Assembly (NCBI GenBank): GCA_963920595.1
Contig: OY986947.1
Coordinates: forward strand, 2,108,001-2,172,000
DNA: 64,000 bases
Source: Eimeria praecox
Lineage: Eukaryota
Direction of reading: 5' to 3'
Below, in pieces: positions 20,874 through 32,823 of the stretch. The notes below the pieces were generated by a model. The model did no database searches and was not told where the DNA came from. It worked only from the letters and a program-made list of their open reading frames with translations. The translations under genes were made by a program, and so were the position numbers. Each line of letters opens with the position of its first letter. The stretch's first letter is position 1.

Positions 20874-23389
20874 CATTCCAAGGCCCCCCGTGTGGTGTTG
20901 CCTTTAAGGATTTGCAACAAGCCGTGCTACAGCACACGAGACGTTGTGTCCACCAGCAGCGGAAGGCTCTTTTCCCACGGCTCCCGCGAAGCCTGGAGAC
21001 TGGAGGGGAAGCCAGCGCCATTATAAGAAGCTTTTCTAAGCTCCTGAATCTCTCAGCACGCCACGATCTCCATGTAATATTGAGTACCCTTGGTATACTT
21101 TGGGAAGCTCTTATCTAATGCGGTTTTGCATGTTCAGCGTACGACGGAACCTAGGCAAGGACCGTCGTGAACAGACATTTCTCAGACAGGGCGGAGGAGC
21201 TTGCTGAGTTTCAGGTGTTCAGTGCATACTCACTGGCAAAACTGAGGACTGCAATGTATTTTGTGCAGCGCACGAACATGCCTCTGCCACCCAGCAGAAA
21301 CAACCGATCACACGCGCTGCGATGGGCTTAAAATCTGCCCATGCATAGTGCCTGTTGAACAACAAATTATGCTCTACAGTACTGACAGCAGCAGCTCATA
21401 TTGTGCCCTGAGAGGGACAAAAGTTCTTCTTGCATATTTTCTTTTACTAGCGTCCCATGTCAATAACATCCGATTATCGAGAGAAACATATTTTTGGTTT
21501 CGGGCACGGGGTACCGCAATACTCGGGTTGGGCTTTTCTTCACGCCCCGAACAGCCACAATCCCTGGGATGTTGGAGGGCGCTCAAACATTCCGCAGGGG
21601 CCTTTCTTACCAGCTACTGCAATGTCTTCCTCTAAAGCCTTCCAATCAAGGAATTGCTTGAGGTTCCTAGCCTCCACATTGAGTTGACATCCGACTTCGG
21701 CTTTGCAGCACCAGCGTGTGTCGGCTTCAAGAGCATCCCTGGTGCTTCAAACTTCAGCAAATCCTGAAGAAGCACTCAAATAGATTTCAATGCAGTGCTA
21801 ACTGTAAAATTCAGCAAAAAGGGTTCAAAGTGACGCTCAAGACCTTCATATGGCGAATAGCTCATGCGGAGAACTGCGCAGCTAAGCGTGAAAGGGGGCC
21901 ATATAGGAGCCATACGCATACGCGCAGTCGGACTGAGCTTGATTTCGTCAACCTAGGATTTTGATCTTCTAAAGGTGATGCACATGTGGTGTTTGCGCCG
22001 GTAAGGGTCAACCCGCGGGCGGACCTCAGCAATGGTTTCGCGTTGGCCGACCGGGGAGAGCTGCCTTCTTCATTATAGCCCATGCAAGGTCTAAGATAGC
22101 TGGGCTAAAGTAAACCTCTTTACCTTGGACACTTTGGGGTAGGCTAGGCGCAAACATGTAGTTGCGGCAGGACTGAATTACTGAGAAGAAGGACGCGCCA
22201 CAAACGCCGCACGAATCCAAGAAAGGTTATCAGTAATCCCCACTGTAAATATAAACAAAGACATTCTGAGTGCTTGCATCAGGCTTGCTATAGGTGGCCT
22301 TGGTGGGATGCTGAAACGCGTTACAGCAAAAGCCACTTTGCAGAAACATGCGCGGGCGACCGTGATCGCACGTAATGGGATCACAAATGAGCAAAAGTGT
22401 TTTCTAGTGAATGTGTAAGTCCTGATCGTCGTGCTCTAGAGTGCTTTAACTCTGCCTTGGATTCACTTGAGAACTTCTGCCTCCTTAACCGTTAAACACG
22501 CAACTTGCATTTGCAACCTTTTACAAGTTGCTAAGCTGCTGGCTTTTCAGCTGTACGCGCGTTTGGCCCAAGGGTAGAAATGCATAACTCAATGCACCGT
22601 GGTAGAGATAAAATTCATGAATTCTTGTTCGGCTCAGTATTCGATAGTGGGGGGCGAGCCATACGGCAGAATCCATGGCCAAGGGCTCAGAAAATCACTG
22701 GGTCCATGTAAGGGAAGGGTCCGCCAATGCTGTTCAAGGGCCATATGCACTTTCTGAGAGAGGTAATGAGAACTGTTGATAGGCTTAGGCCTGATAGAAA
22801 AAAAGCGCCTGCTTTTTTTATTGGCTGCCCGTCCTTAAGCATACGTCCTCGATCTGAAGGCTTCTGTGGCCCTGTTGGCAGCAGTTGCTGCATTCCGGAA
22901 GTTCAAAAAAGTATGATTCATAAATCAACCACCAAAGGCCTCATTCCGCATGAAAGTCACGCCGGTTACAGTTAAAGAGGAATGAGCCACACACCTGTAG
23001 TGAACAGCGCTCTGCGCTGCCACTCCCAGTCGGCCGTGGAGTGCTCCCGTGCACCCACGCGAAATATACGCTGCATTGAGTGAATTACCCTTAAAATAAC
23101 TTTTAAAATATCAAGTACTAGTGTGTTATGCATTTACTGATCCTCTTCACCTAAAGGAGCAGAAATAAGTGGTCCTTCTTCTGATCCAGACACTAAACGG
23201 GTGGGTTTCACCACCTTCGCTACTGCGTCACTCAGTACCACCTCGACGCCCTGGGTGTCTGCAGGGCAGCATTGGCCTAATAGGTGTATTTCCTCTATAA
23301 TGCAGCTAGATTTCTTTCTAACAATATGTTATTTGTGCTTTCTTTGCCTCACATACCTCTAGCGGTCCACTTCGAGTACCACTGTAGTG

Positions 23390-23956
23390 GTTTCCCAGCC
23401 TCGGCGACGGAGCGGCGACTTCTTAAATGTAAAAATGCCCCCCAAGCAAATCCATTGCCAACATAGTATATCGCGACGGGAGCACAACAGCAATAGACGA
23501 GCCGCCCTTCACTCCTTGGACCAATATTCCCACCACATTTTCAGTCTGCTGCTGCACAGCAAGTTCAATGATAACACTGCCTCCTACAAGTGACTGGTTG
23601 CCTTCCAAGTGCGCTACCCAGCATCGAGTTTCTCGCCCAGCCCCTTCCTTTTCAGCCAGAGATCTCAGAGGGCCTTTTCCAGGGATGCTCAAAACCGCTA
23701 GCTGAAGATAACAACGGAGTAGCACAAAGGCCACAGTAAGAGCAGCCACTGGAAGCAAAGTTGCAAGTTGCAAATTCCGGTGCACCCGCCGAAATCTTCG
23801 TTTGGCTGTGGCATGGAGTGCAGACCCACTCGCCTGAGCTCTCCATTTTTCCAGGGCTTCACTGCTACTGTCAAATTTCAAATGACCGGCTTCCATGCTA
23901 CCTGGGGCTGCAGCTCCACAAGGACTCGAGGAGGATATCTCTGCTCGCCCTTGCAT
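23390..23956 (-). pseudogene. Family member 5: 3'-truncated pseudogene related to member 2
   Basis: N-terminal ~150 codons are nearly identical to member 2 (MQGRAEISS...RSLAEKEG). A frameshift and stop (23423) fall just before the QEVAAL motif, and no intact 3' half follows. Confidence 0.8.
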
Positions 23957-25328
23957 ATGCCCTGAGAAGCCAGTCTTCTCTTGATTACGCACACCAGCTT
24001 AGCGACAAAAAGCGGGAAACCCGTCGAGAGCGCACATAACAAGCCACTTCAGGAGCCAGACAAAGAAACATGAGCTATCCCTAAAAGCTCGCACCTGGCA
24101 AATTCTCCGGCGCACTCAGCCCAAAGCAACTGAAAGGAAAACTTTTACGAGAGTTATAAGCCCATTTGACGGCAAATGGGGGTATACGGAAATGCATACA
24201 TCACAGGCCCGCCACAGAACAGTATTGAATGTGCAATTCACTGCGCCTCCACCGGCGGCGGCCGGCGATCTAGGACTAGCATGCCAATAATATTTCCGGA
24301 ACTTGCGCAGAGGTCTCTTTGGTTAGTCGAACTATTCAGTCAAAGACCCAATTCTTGTTTGAATGAGCACGTAACATCTACTAACCTAATTTCGAGCAGC
24401 GTTGAATGCTTTCACTTTCTTCTGCGGTTTGCCTGCACACGCATTCGTTGTGCCGGGTCCCCTTCGGTCTACCGGTTAGGGCTTTACTCGCGCTCGTCCT
24501 CTTCCCTATTCACTGTCCTTCTGATATGTCCCAAGTATCATATATATTGTAAAGCATATATTTCAAGGGGCTGAATTCTTTTGGGGTATCTGCGCTGGCA
24601 CTAGAATCAGCCAGGCTGTAGCGGTAGCATGGCCTGGGAATCGCGGTCTGACCAGCTGGTGCACGTGTTCTAAGCTGGGTGAATTCGGCACCAAACTATA
24701 GGCCTAGCGAGCGTTTAACAATTGTATGCTGTGTCATTATATGTGAAACCGGGATATGACTCTGCTTGCATGTGGGGCTGCCTTGCAGCAAGGTGCGTTT
24801 GCAGAGGGGGGGGGGGGGTTCTCTATCTCAGATGAGGACCGTTGCGAGCTGCAATAGGCACAAAGATTTTGAGGGAAAGCTCCCCCAAAGCAGATAGCAC
24901 CCCTTTACACCTTCAGGCGTCCAGGGCAGAACGGCCTCAGGACCTGGAGCCGATGGGCCACTGGCCTTGCAACGAAAGCAGTCGATCTTAATCGGGTTCC
25001 GTCGTGAGCTGCAGTGGAGTAACGAAATGACAAGAGAGTTTGTAAAACAAAGCTGATCCCGTTCCCCCACCCCACAGCCGCCAGGCCTCCCTGACATGGC
25101 TGGAAAAGGGCCTGGGCTGGGGGAGACACGGGCAGCCTTGTCGTGGGTTACAACGCACTTTGCTGCAGCCATTGCTGCAAGGTAGCTCCGCATGCACGCA
25201 TAGCAAATGCCTCTTTGTGGCATGCGCTACGATTGTATACTGCAGTGTAGAGTGTTTTCGAACACTTACTTGGTTTTCCGTAGTCAGCTTGCGAGTAGGT
25301 AGGGAAGCGACTACCAGCATCATCCAGA
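23410..25328. repeat. Direct duplicate of ~9872-11792 (5' end and upstream region of member 2)
   Basis: Near-identical over ~23540-25328, including the poly-G run, and ends abruptly at CATCATCCAGA. More diverged over 23410-23540. Confidence 0.92.
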
Positions 25329-26905
25329 GCATGACCCATGGAAATGGCAGACGACCTCTGTGGCAATGTGCGTAGAAGAACCAAGGCACCAGAGTTTGCG
25401 CATCTGCATTGCCATGGAGTTCAAGGCCTGGGAAGTCTGCAGACAGTGCTGGTTCAAGATGGGATAAGCCATACTGACCCCGAAAGTAGTTGTTCTAGTG
25501 AACCTCTCTCAACTGCCAGTACTATTGAGCGTTCTGTGTACCTTTATGCGCACATACACACTGAACTCAGCTCTAGCCCACTAAATAACCTTCAGATTTC
25601 AAAATGCTCCTAGGCCGTGTTTAACCCTTTGAGAAGAGGAGGGCAATAATAAAGTTATGATGGCACCTTTTGGGTCAACGCCTCCGCAGCTGCGCCAGTC
25701 TCACACAGCCTGCGCCAGTCTCACAGCCATCTCCTACCCGGGGATCACCTGCAGAACTTTCCCGGCTTAATTGCCTGATTTCAGCCTAATGTTGATTGAT
25801 TTATTTCTAACGATAATTTTTAGTGAACCGTTCATTTATTGGGCACCAGCCTTCCCAACTTGCTCGCGCACTTCAGATGTAGCTCGTGCGTTGAAAATGA
25901 ATGTCCCAAAGGAACAGATAGCCGTACGACTGTTGCTAAACGTCTTAGTTTTACGGAAGAAACAATTGTTGGTTCTTCAACACCTTTTGGAGGCACCCCA
26001 AGAAGATTTAGCTTGCTACAAGTTCGCCTTGGGAACGAGCTACGGGCTCGCCCCTGTCGGCGCCACCAGAGGTATCATCGAAGGCTTGAACTTAGCCAAA
26101 GACTCACCAAAATTGTGTACTCATTTAAATGAAGTTTGAATAGAGAAAATATGGTTTTTAAAGCCAAGTTTTGCAGTTAAGATTAGGTTGCCTACAGCAG
26201 ATGCTGGCGCATCGTTGGTAAGCGACCGAACGCAACCTGTCCTTACCACTGGCTTGACCGGGAGTGTGGGGCAGCGACGGCAGAAATTGCTCCCATTTTA
26301 ACCACAGGAAAAAGACAACTCTAAGAAATGGCAATAAGAAGAGGCACATAAACAAAATTTTCCCAGGTTGGCTCGTCAACGCCAAACGCCGCAGAGTTCG
26401 TTTATGGTAGCGCGTCGAGCTTTCACCCGGTGGCTATCTTCGGCGGGCTTTGCGGTGCTGGCTGCTTATTCAGATTAAGTGGAAAGACAAGCATATGCTG
26501 GAATGGAAATCCTTGCTTGTCGAATTGTTTTCTAGGAAGAGGCCGTCGATGGATGAGTTGGCTGAACGCGCTCCTGTTGTCTTGCGGAGATTTTCTCAGG
26601 TCCTCCCCCCCCAACCGAGGAGGGCATCGCCGATGAATGAGTTGACTGAAGAAGGCATATCTGTTGTCCTGCGGAGATTCTTTCCTACTCCCTCCCAGTC
26701 TCGCTTCACAAGCATTCCAAAACCTCAAATGGCAGGTGATTTATTTCGCTAGTGGTAAAAATTGCGCAAGTTACCTCCTCTGCGGTACACCAAGCAGCCT
26801 CAACATAACCACCAAGAGGATACTGGGTGGTTTATCTGGCTGACTCTGGCTGATTCTGGGGACGGACGTCAGTTTCTCGTGCTCTCTGCCTCCTACGAAC
26901 TGACA

Positions 26906-28471
26906 ATGGAACGACCAGCAGGGGAATTTGCTCTGGACTTGAGGTGTGATGCAGCCGCTGCTGGCAACGGTGGAGGCAGTCTTCCTAGGAGAACAGTATG
27001 GAGGGGCTCAGAGGATATGGCTTCATTGCATGATTATGGAAGCCCTCAAAGACTCCACGCCAAGCAGAATGATATGAAAGTAGACAAGCGGCGTATTAGC
27101 CGGTTCCTACTTGTAATTGCGGGGACCGTTTTTGCTGCCGCACTACTGGTATTTCGGTGCACTGGTCATCTCGCCTTCCCCAAAAGTGCAGGTGGACTCG
27201 CAACTCCTCAACAAATCAAGGAGAGAGAATGTTATTCAGAATTCTGTAGACTTGGAAATGAAGGAGAATTTGAGAAAACGTGGAGACCAGCTACGGATTC
27301 AAAGGAGGCTCAGCTGCAGGCGAAAGCTTTGGCACTCGTGGGATCATTTGTTGCGTTTACCAAAGCCAGCGAGTATGCACTGAAAGGCCTCAGTGGTGAA
27401 GTGCAGGAAAAAGCAGCCTCCTTTCTTGTCAGTTTGTTTGCACACGAACTTGCCGCTATTGCCTCATCAGCAGAAAGTGCCTTCGCCGCAGATTCCAAAT
27501 CTTCTTGTGATCTGCTTGCCGCCGCCAATGAAGCCATCCAGACATCAAGGCAGCCTGAACCAGCGTCTCACCTAGATCCACTGAGGATTCACGTGACTAA
27601 AGCACCCACAGAACCCCTGCCAGATTCCGCCCGCATATCTAGGCTGGAGGCACCTGGCCCACGTAATCTCTTTTCTCGTCTTGAGTTGCAGCCCGAAGGC
27701 AGGACTGAACGGTTAATTCCATCAGTGGCCTCAAAACATAGCCTGCTGTATGTGCCTGAGGCCACTTCCGCTCCACTTACCGAGTCACAGCCAACCGCGC
27801 CACCTGCAATAGCATTATTCAGTGCTCCAATGTCATACGGGCCACCTAGCCACTCTGATAGTTTGGCTCATGAAGCCACGAGGCGTAACCATTGGCCCGG
27901 TTCTGGCATAGATTCATCTCCGCATGCAAGGCCACAATCAATTTTCTCAGCCGCAAAAGATTTGTCCGGTATCTCGTTGGGGGGCAAAGCCCCCACTGCC
28001 TCCCAAGACACGGCCCAGAGAGCGGAAGGATCCACCATACTTTCTGGTCCTGCTACTTCTCCGTCTTGGAGCGTTAAGCCGCAGCAGTCCTCTATGGCAA
28101 CAGGAGATAAATCAAAGCCTACTGTCCCACATGGGTTGCCCAAACCATTCTACGGTAAGGACCACGAAAGGTCAAAGCATAACATGCGTGCAGTTCGGCC
28201 ATTATATCCATCTCTGTTTGCAGCAATGCAGCCCAATTGGCGAAAAGGAAGCAGAATAAAGATGGCCAAGGCTCCAGGGTCAGAACGCTTGCCTAAGGAG
28301 AAGTTTCAAGGCGTTGCCCAGGGAGAACCAGCGAGGGTGGGGGTGAGCGCTGTACCGTCAATACCAGCGCCATCGCGGCCTCCTTCGCCACCTTATACAG
28401 AATTTAACATGTGGAGGGCGGATTTCCCCCCAATACTTCCGCAGAGTAGTTCCCCCCCTGTGAATAGGTGA
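26906..28471 (+). CDS. Eimeria-specific family protein, member 6 (521 aa; divergent, core domain partly missing)
   Basis: First ATG 26906 (track start is TTG). Hydrophobic segment ends in LVFRC and HELAAI is present. RxLA, LLxLQE and RRxQVF blocks are missing; the tail is Pro/Ser-rich. Confidence 0.65.
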   Translation: MERPAGEFALDLRCDAAAAGNGGGSLPRRTVWRGSEDMASLHDYGSPQRLHAKQNDMKVDKRRISRFLLVIAGTVFAAALLVFRCTGHLAFPKSAGGLATPQQIKERECYSEFCRLGNEGEFEKTWRPATDSKEAQLQAKALALVGSFVAFTKASEYALKGLSGEVQEKAASFLVSLFAHELAAIASSAESAFAADSKSSCDLLAAANEAIQTSRQPEPASHLDPLRIHVTKAPTEPLPDSARISRLEAPGPRNLFSRLELQPEGRTERLIPSVASKHSLLYVPEATSAPLTESQPTAPPAIALFSAPMSYGPPSHSDSLAHEATRRNHWPGSGIDSSPHARPQSIFSAAKDLSGISLGGKAPTASQDTAQRAEGSTILSGPATSPSWSVKPQQSSMATGDKSKPTVPHGLPKPFYGKDHERSKHNMRAVRPLYPSLFAAMQPNWRKGSRIKMAKAPGSERLPKEKFQGVAQGEPARVGVSAVPSIPAPSRPPSPPYTEFNMWRADFPPILPQSSSPPVNR

Positions 28472-31034
28472 TTGTGCGTCGTCTCCGTTTTAAAGAGTTT
28501 TCTCATTTGCTCCTGCACAGAGCAAAAGCGACGTAACTCACCCGATCTAATTTCCTGCATGCATAATGTGCTGCTTGTACCAACTCATCATTAACCCCTG
28601 AAAATTATCATAATTCCCTCTCTTTTAACATCCTGCAAGCTTTGCACATTGCAACGGTGGCAGCTAAAATGCTGCATCAGTTACTACGTAGGATTGAGAA
28701 CTCTTCCATAACGGCGAGCGTCGACTTTAAATGCTTATCTTGTTTTTATTTGAAGTTGCATGCTGCTAAGAAGCCAGTTATAGTGGAAGATACATGATCG
28801 CCAGTGTCACTGAGCTTCTGCATGCGTTGAAACCTCCCTTAAGAGTAGGTGTTGTGCTTTTGCAGCTGATGACTGCTTATAATTAGTAACTGTGTTTTAC
28901 AGCTGATGCCTACCGTTGACTGATTTGCGCCTTTCCCATCTGTAGTTCTTAGACCTTTAGAAGGAGGCGTGGCAAATCTCTCTCTATATGCACAACAAGC
29001 TTATGCTGTAGTGGCAGTTGCGAACACTAAGGTACTTTTGCGCATGAAAGCATACAATCTTCATATATGTGAACTTGTGAACACTACACAAGTACGCATG
29101 CGCACGCACCAACATATGCTGACTACGTATTCATATCTTGCACTGCTTACCAGGAAGAATGTTACTTCTCGTTTGTAGGGCCAGTGGCAGAGCTTGCGCT
29201 CTACATCGAGACAGCCTACACTTAAAAATACATCTGCTCTTCATTGGCTAGAACTGAAAACTCTGAAAGGGCGCCACATTTTGCAATACAGATCCTTGGG
29301 TGCACCTCAGCAAGGGGGAAGTGTACCTACTGCACCTTGTGGATTAGTTTTGCATCCCTGCACGCCAGAACAGCTGATGTACGCATATGACATGTTCCTT
29401 CAAGTACCTTCGACCTTTAGGTTGAGAAACGGGCATTCCATGTTCTCTGATCTTTATTCTCAACGGCGTTTTGAGCAGTGACACCATGAAAATATTTACA
29501 TTTCTGCTCCCTCAAAATCCGGGCCTGCAGCTCGCCTTAAGTTAGAAACTCCTTTGCAGAAGTGAGCACATACGGGCAAGCAAGCGGTCCCGTTTGATAC
29601 GCCTCACCAGAGACGGGAGAAACTGTAGTATTCTCATTCAAGGTATGGGCAAGCAGCGTCTCCTTGCTTGCCCTTCAAGCTTAAAGCTTCAAGATCGCCT
29701 CAGTTAAGAGCGGAGAGTTGCGTTTTTGATAAACAGTCACTTGGATCTCTTCTTTGCAGCCATTTGGGCAATCTTCTTCCCTAAGTTACGGAATTATTTT
29801 GCCGAGTGCCTTTCAGAAAGTTATTTCGTACTCCTTAGTACATTTATATTTGCTTACTTTCAATCACATCGGTGGGGACACATTGCTTGTATTGGGGAGG
29901 TTTGCAGGAGCGGCAACAATGAAGCTTCTGCAGAGCAGCCAACCCCCTTTACTGCTTGTCAGCACAGTAGAGGAGGCGGTTTAGTTCGCTTTTTTGGGGG
30001 TGGGCTTACCTTTGCGTCTTACTATACGAATAATAACTGATTTTGTCCCTGCGCCTGGGACACTCAACCAAGCGAGTTAATTGCTGTCCTACGGTCCATC
30101 GAAGTTTGCTTTCTTTCCCCTGCAGTTGTTTCCTGTGTAAAAGACATTCAGCGTTCCCATTTTGACTAGCTTTTCAAAGTGAAAAAGGGAATCCACATTC
30201 GACCGGCGCACATCCGCGGGTGACCACACTTTACCTTAGAAAGGCACATTGCGGCTCATTAGTGTTCCTTACTTGGGTGTAAGGAATACGTAGAAATTAA
30301 TAATTAAGCAGAGAACCGAAGTTTCAGGTAAGAAGCTTGAAGAAGATAGGAGGTGCCAACAACTCGACTGTGGAATACCACCGTTTTCGCAGACACGTTC
30401 CTAAGCAGTTCGAACGTCTCCACAAGACAGCCAATATACCTTAATACTCCCAATAAAGTAGTGAATCTGGCTTAATGCTGACAATAACTTTATCGCTGAG
30501 TGCGATTTCTCCTGATGGTGCGGCGGAATGCGCGTCTCAATCCAAGGCCCTGCAAAGCTGGCAGGCTCGGTTGTTGGTTTTGGCCACTGAACACCTCTCC
30601 AACTCTTAGCAAGCTTCTTATTTGAGGTTTCCATGTGTATTATGATCATTATCTTAAATGCAGACGTATTTGCATTGAGATGAACTATGCTTGCTTTCTG
30701 TTCTGCTCGGGAACGGTGATATCACCAACCGTGCCCACAGGACAGCACGAGAGCGGCAATATTAGTAGCTTTGAGCGACCAAAGTCGATCCGCGCGAAGA
30801 CAGATGCATAGACATATGAGTTTAAGTCAAGTTTTTGTCATGAACCGTCCTTTCACCCGGGGAGTGTAGGGCATGGACTGCCGACAGTTTTTTTGAGGAA
30901 CCATTGGTTTCCAAGCGTTGGGTCTTCTGTCCTGCAGGTCCTCCGATTGTGCTTTATATATGGCTTGTAATGACCTCACTGAGGCGTCTGAAACAGGTTA
31001 ATGCATTCGTCGGCGCAACGCGTGTCGACTTGCA

Positions 31035-32823
31035 ATGCTGGGACCAACGGAGGCATCCCCGTCAACTGAGCGGGCGGCTTTGCCCCATAGAAGCAATGAA
31101 GACAATGTGCACTTAATGCACGCCGTTGATAGCTTCCCAAAACCATGGGGAAGGAAGGAGATTCCCAGCAGCGGCTTCACTGCTCGACCAGCGAGGAATC
31201 TCCGACAGAAGCGCAGACAAGCTCTGCTCGTTGCCTTTGGCGCACTTGCAGTAACTTTTGCGGTCCTACGATGTGCTGTTCAGCGAGGCCCTCACAGAGA
31301 GGCCGGCGATGACGCGAGGTCCCTTGTTGCGGGAAGGGGGTCCGACGCGCCTGCTACCTGCATAGGGGGCAGAGGTGGTGGGTTTGAGAGGCGAGGGGCG
31401 GCTCGTGAGACACTGTCAGAACAGGGTTTACAGCTGAAAGCTTCGGCATTTATGAGCTCGTTCGTGACGATTGTTAAAAACAACGAACCTGTATTGGCTC
31501 GAATACCTGTGCAGACCCGAAGCAAAATCCTCTCCCTTCTCCTCACCCTTGTTGTGCAGGAGTTGGCCGCATTAGCATCTGTTTTAGACGACTCATCAAG
31601 GGCTATTCTAGTGCAAACGGTTAGGGAAGTGGGTGTGATAACACGCCGCTTGGGGATGACAATCACTAGAAGGACGGGAGGCATTTGTTCGCGTCGCCTT
31701 CAGCTTTACCTCGCCAGTGTTTTGCAACGCCTCGAGGTTTCAGGGCCTCAAGGTTCTCGCTTACCTCTCGGTGAGCGTCTTCAAAAGCTACATGACCTCC
31801 TCCGTTTGCAGGAAGTGATGGTGGTGAACCTCAGCGCGGTGTTCAACAACCTCACGAGGGGGTTTTCCTCCGGAAACGACCCCGATGATGAGGCCTTACT
31901 CGAAACGAAAAATAAGCTTGGAGATTTGCTACACATTAGAAAGGAGCACATCTTTATGGACGCTCTGCTGAGCCGGTGGTTACTTGAGAGCGAAAACCGA
32001 AGCAGGCGTTTTGCTGTTGCCTCGCCGGCGCACCTCTTGCACCTTCGACGTAGAGAACGTCCGACTGTAGAGGAGATGCTCCAGGAGTTGTTGACTCTTT
32101 CAGTTGCAGGGCGCGAACAGAGCACAATAACCGAGCACTTCCCACAGTTGGAGGAGGCGGAGGCTCACATACCTGAGTCTAGTGAGCTGCCGCCGGCCGG
32201 TGAGGACTTGCTGGCCACTGAAGTGCCGACAGTTCTGTTGGGGGATCCGCTGGGTTCTGGAGAAGTCGTTCAGGTGCCAAACACAGGCGACCAAACCCAT
32301 AGCCTAGCCCAATCCGGCCCCGCTGCGTGGGAGGGGCGTTGGGGGCTTCAGCCTCACCGTCAAGTTGTGCGCTATTCAGGAATACGCAGTACCCAAGCAT
32401 TTGCAGCACCTGCTTTGCATCATACCCAAGTAGCTGCAAGTTCTACAGTGTTTTCGTTAATTCCCATTGTTGGTTGGCCGTTTCACGCGGTGAGTAGACC
32501 CTAGTTTTCCATCTTCCCTGTTTGCCTAGCAAAGCCAGTATACGCTTGCAGTTTATCGCTGTCAGCATTACCTCACTTTGTCAGTGTCTCCCCCTTCTGT
32601 GATATTGTGATTGCAGTGGCCTGCTGTGGATACACGCTTCTTGGCCACAGGCTACAGCCCGCAGGAGCCTCTACAGGAGGGCGTCTTGGGCTCAGCCGCA
32701 GGAGAGCCTTTGCCAAGGGCTGCAACTCAGCAGGAGAGTGCAGAAGAAGCGATTTCAAATCCTTTCAATTTTCCTGACATTTTTGAACACCTGAGAAGAG
32801 GGTTGGCATCGCCACCCGAATGA
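31035..32823 (+). CDS. Eimeria-specific family protein, member 7 (probably two exons, 31035-32489 and 32617-32823; ~553 aa)
   Basis: Motifs AVLRC, RSLVA, QELAAL, LLRLQE, HIRKEHIF..LSRWL. Phase-0 donor GTGAGT at 32490 and phase-0 acceptor TTGCAG ending 32616 join an exon whose end (PFNFPDIFEHLRRGLAS) resembles member 8 (PFSLPDIGEEARRPLAS). Confidence 0.75.

Noticed and set aside
21374..22384. Possible decayed minus-strand gene (fragments VLLQDLLKFE and RARNQKYVSLDNRMLLTW)
   Set aside because: Only a brief resemblance to the LLxLQE block and no coherent frame; not supportable without a profile search.
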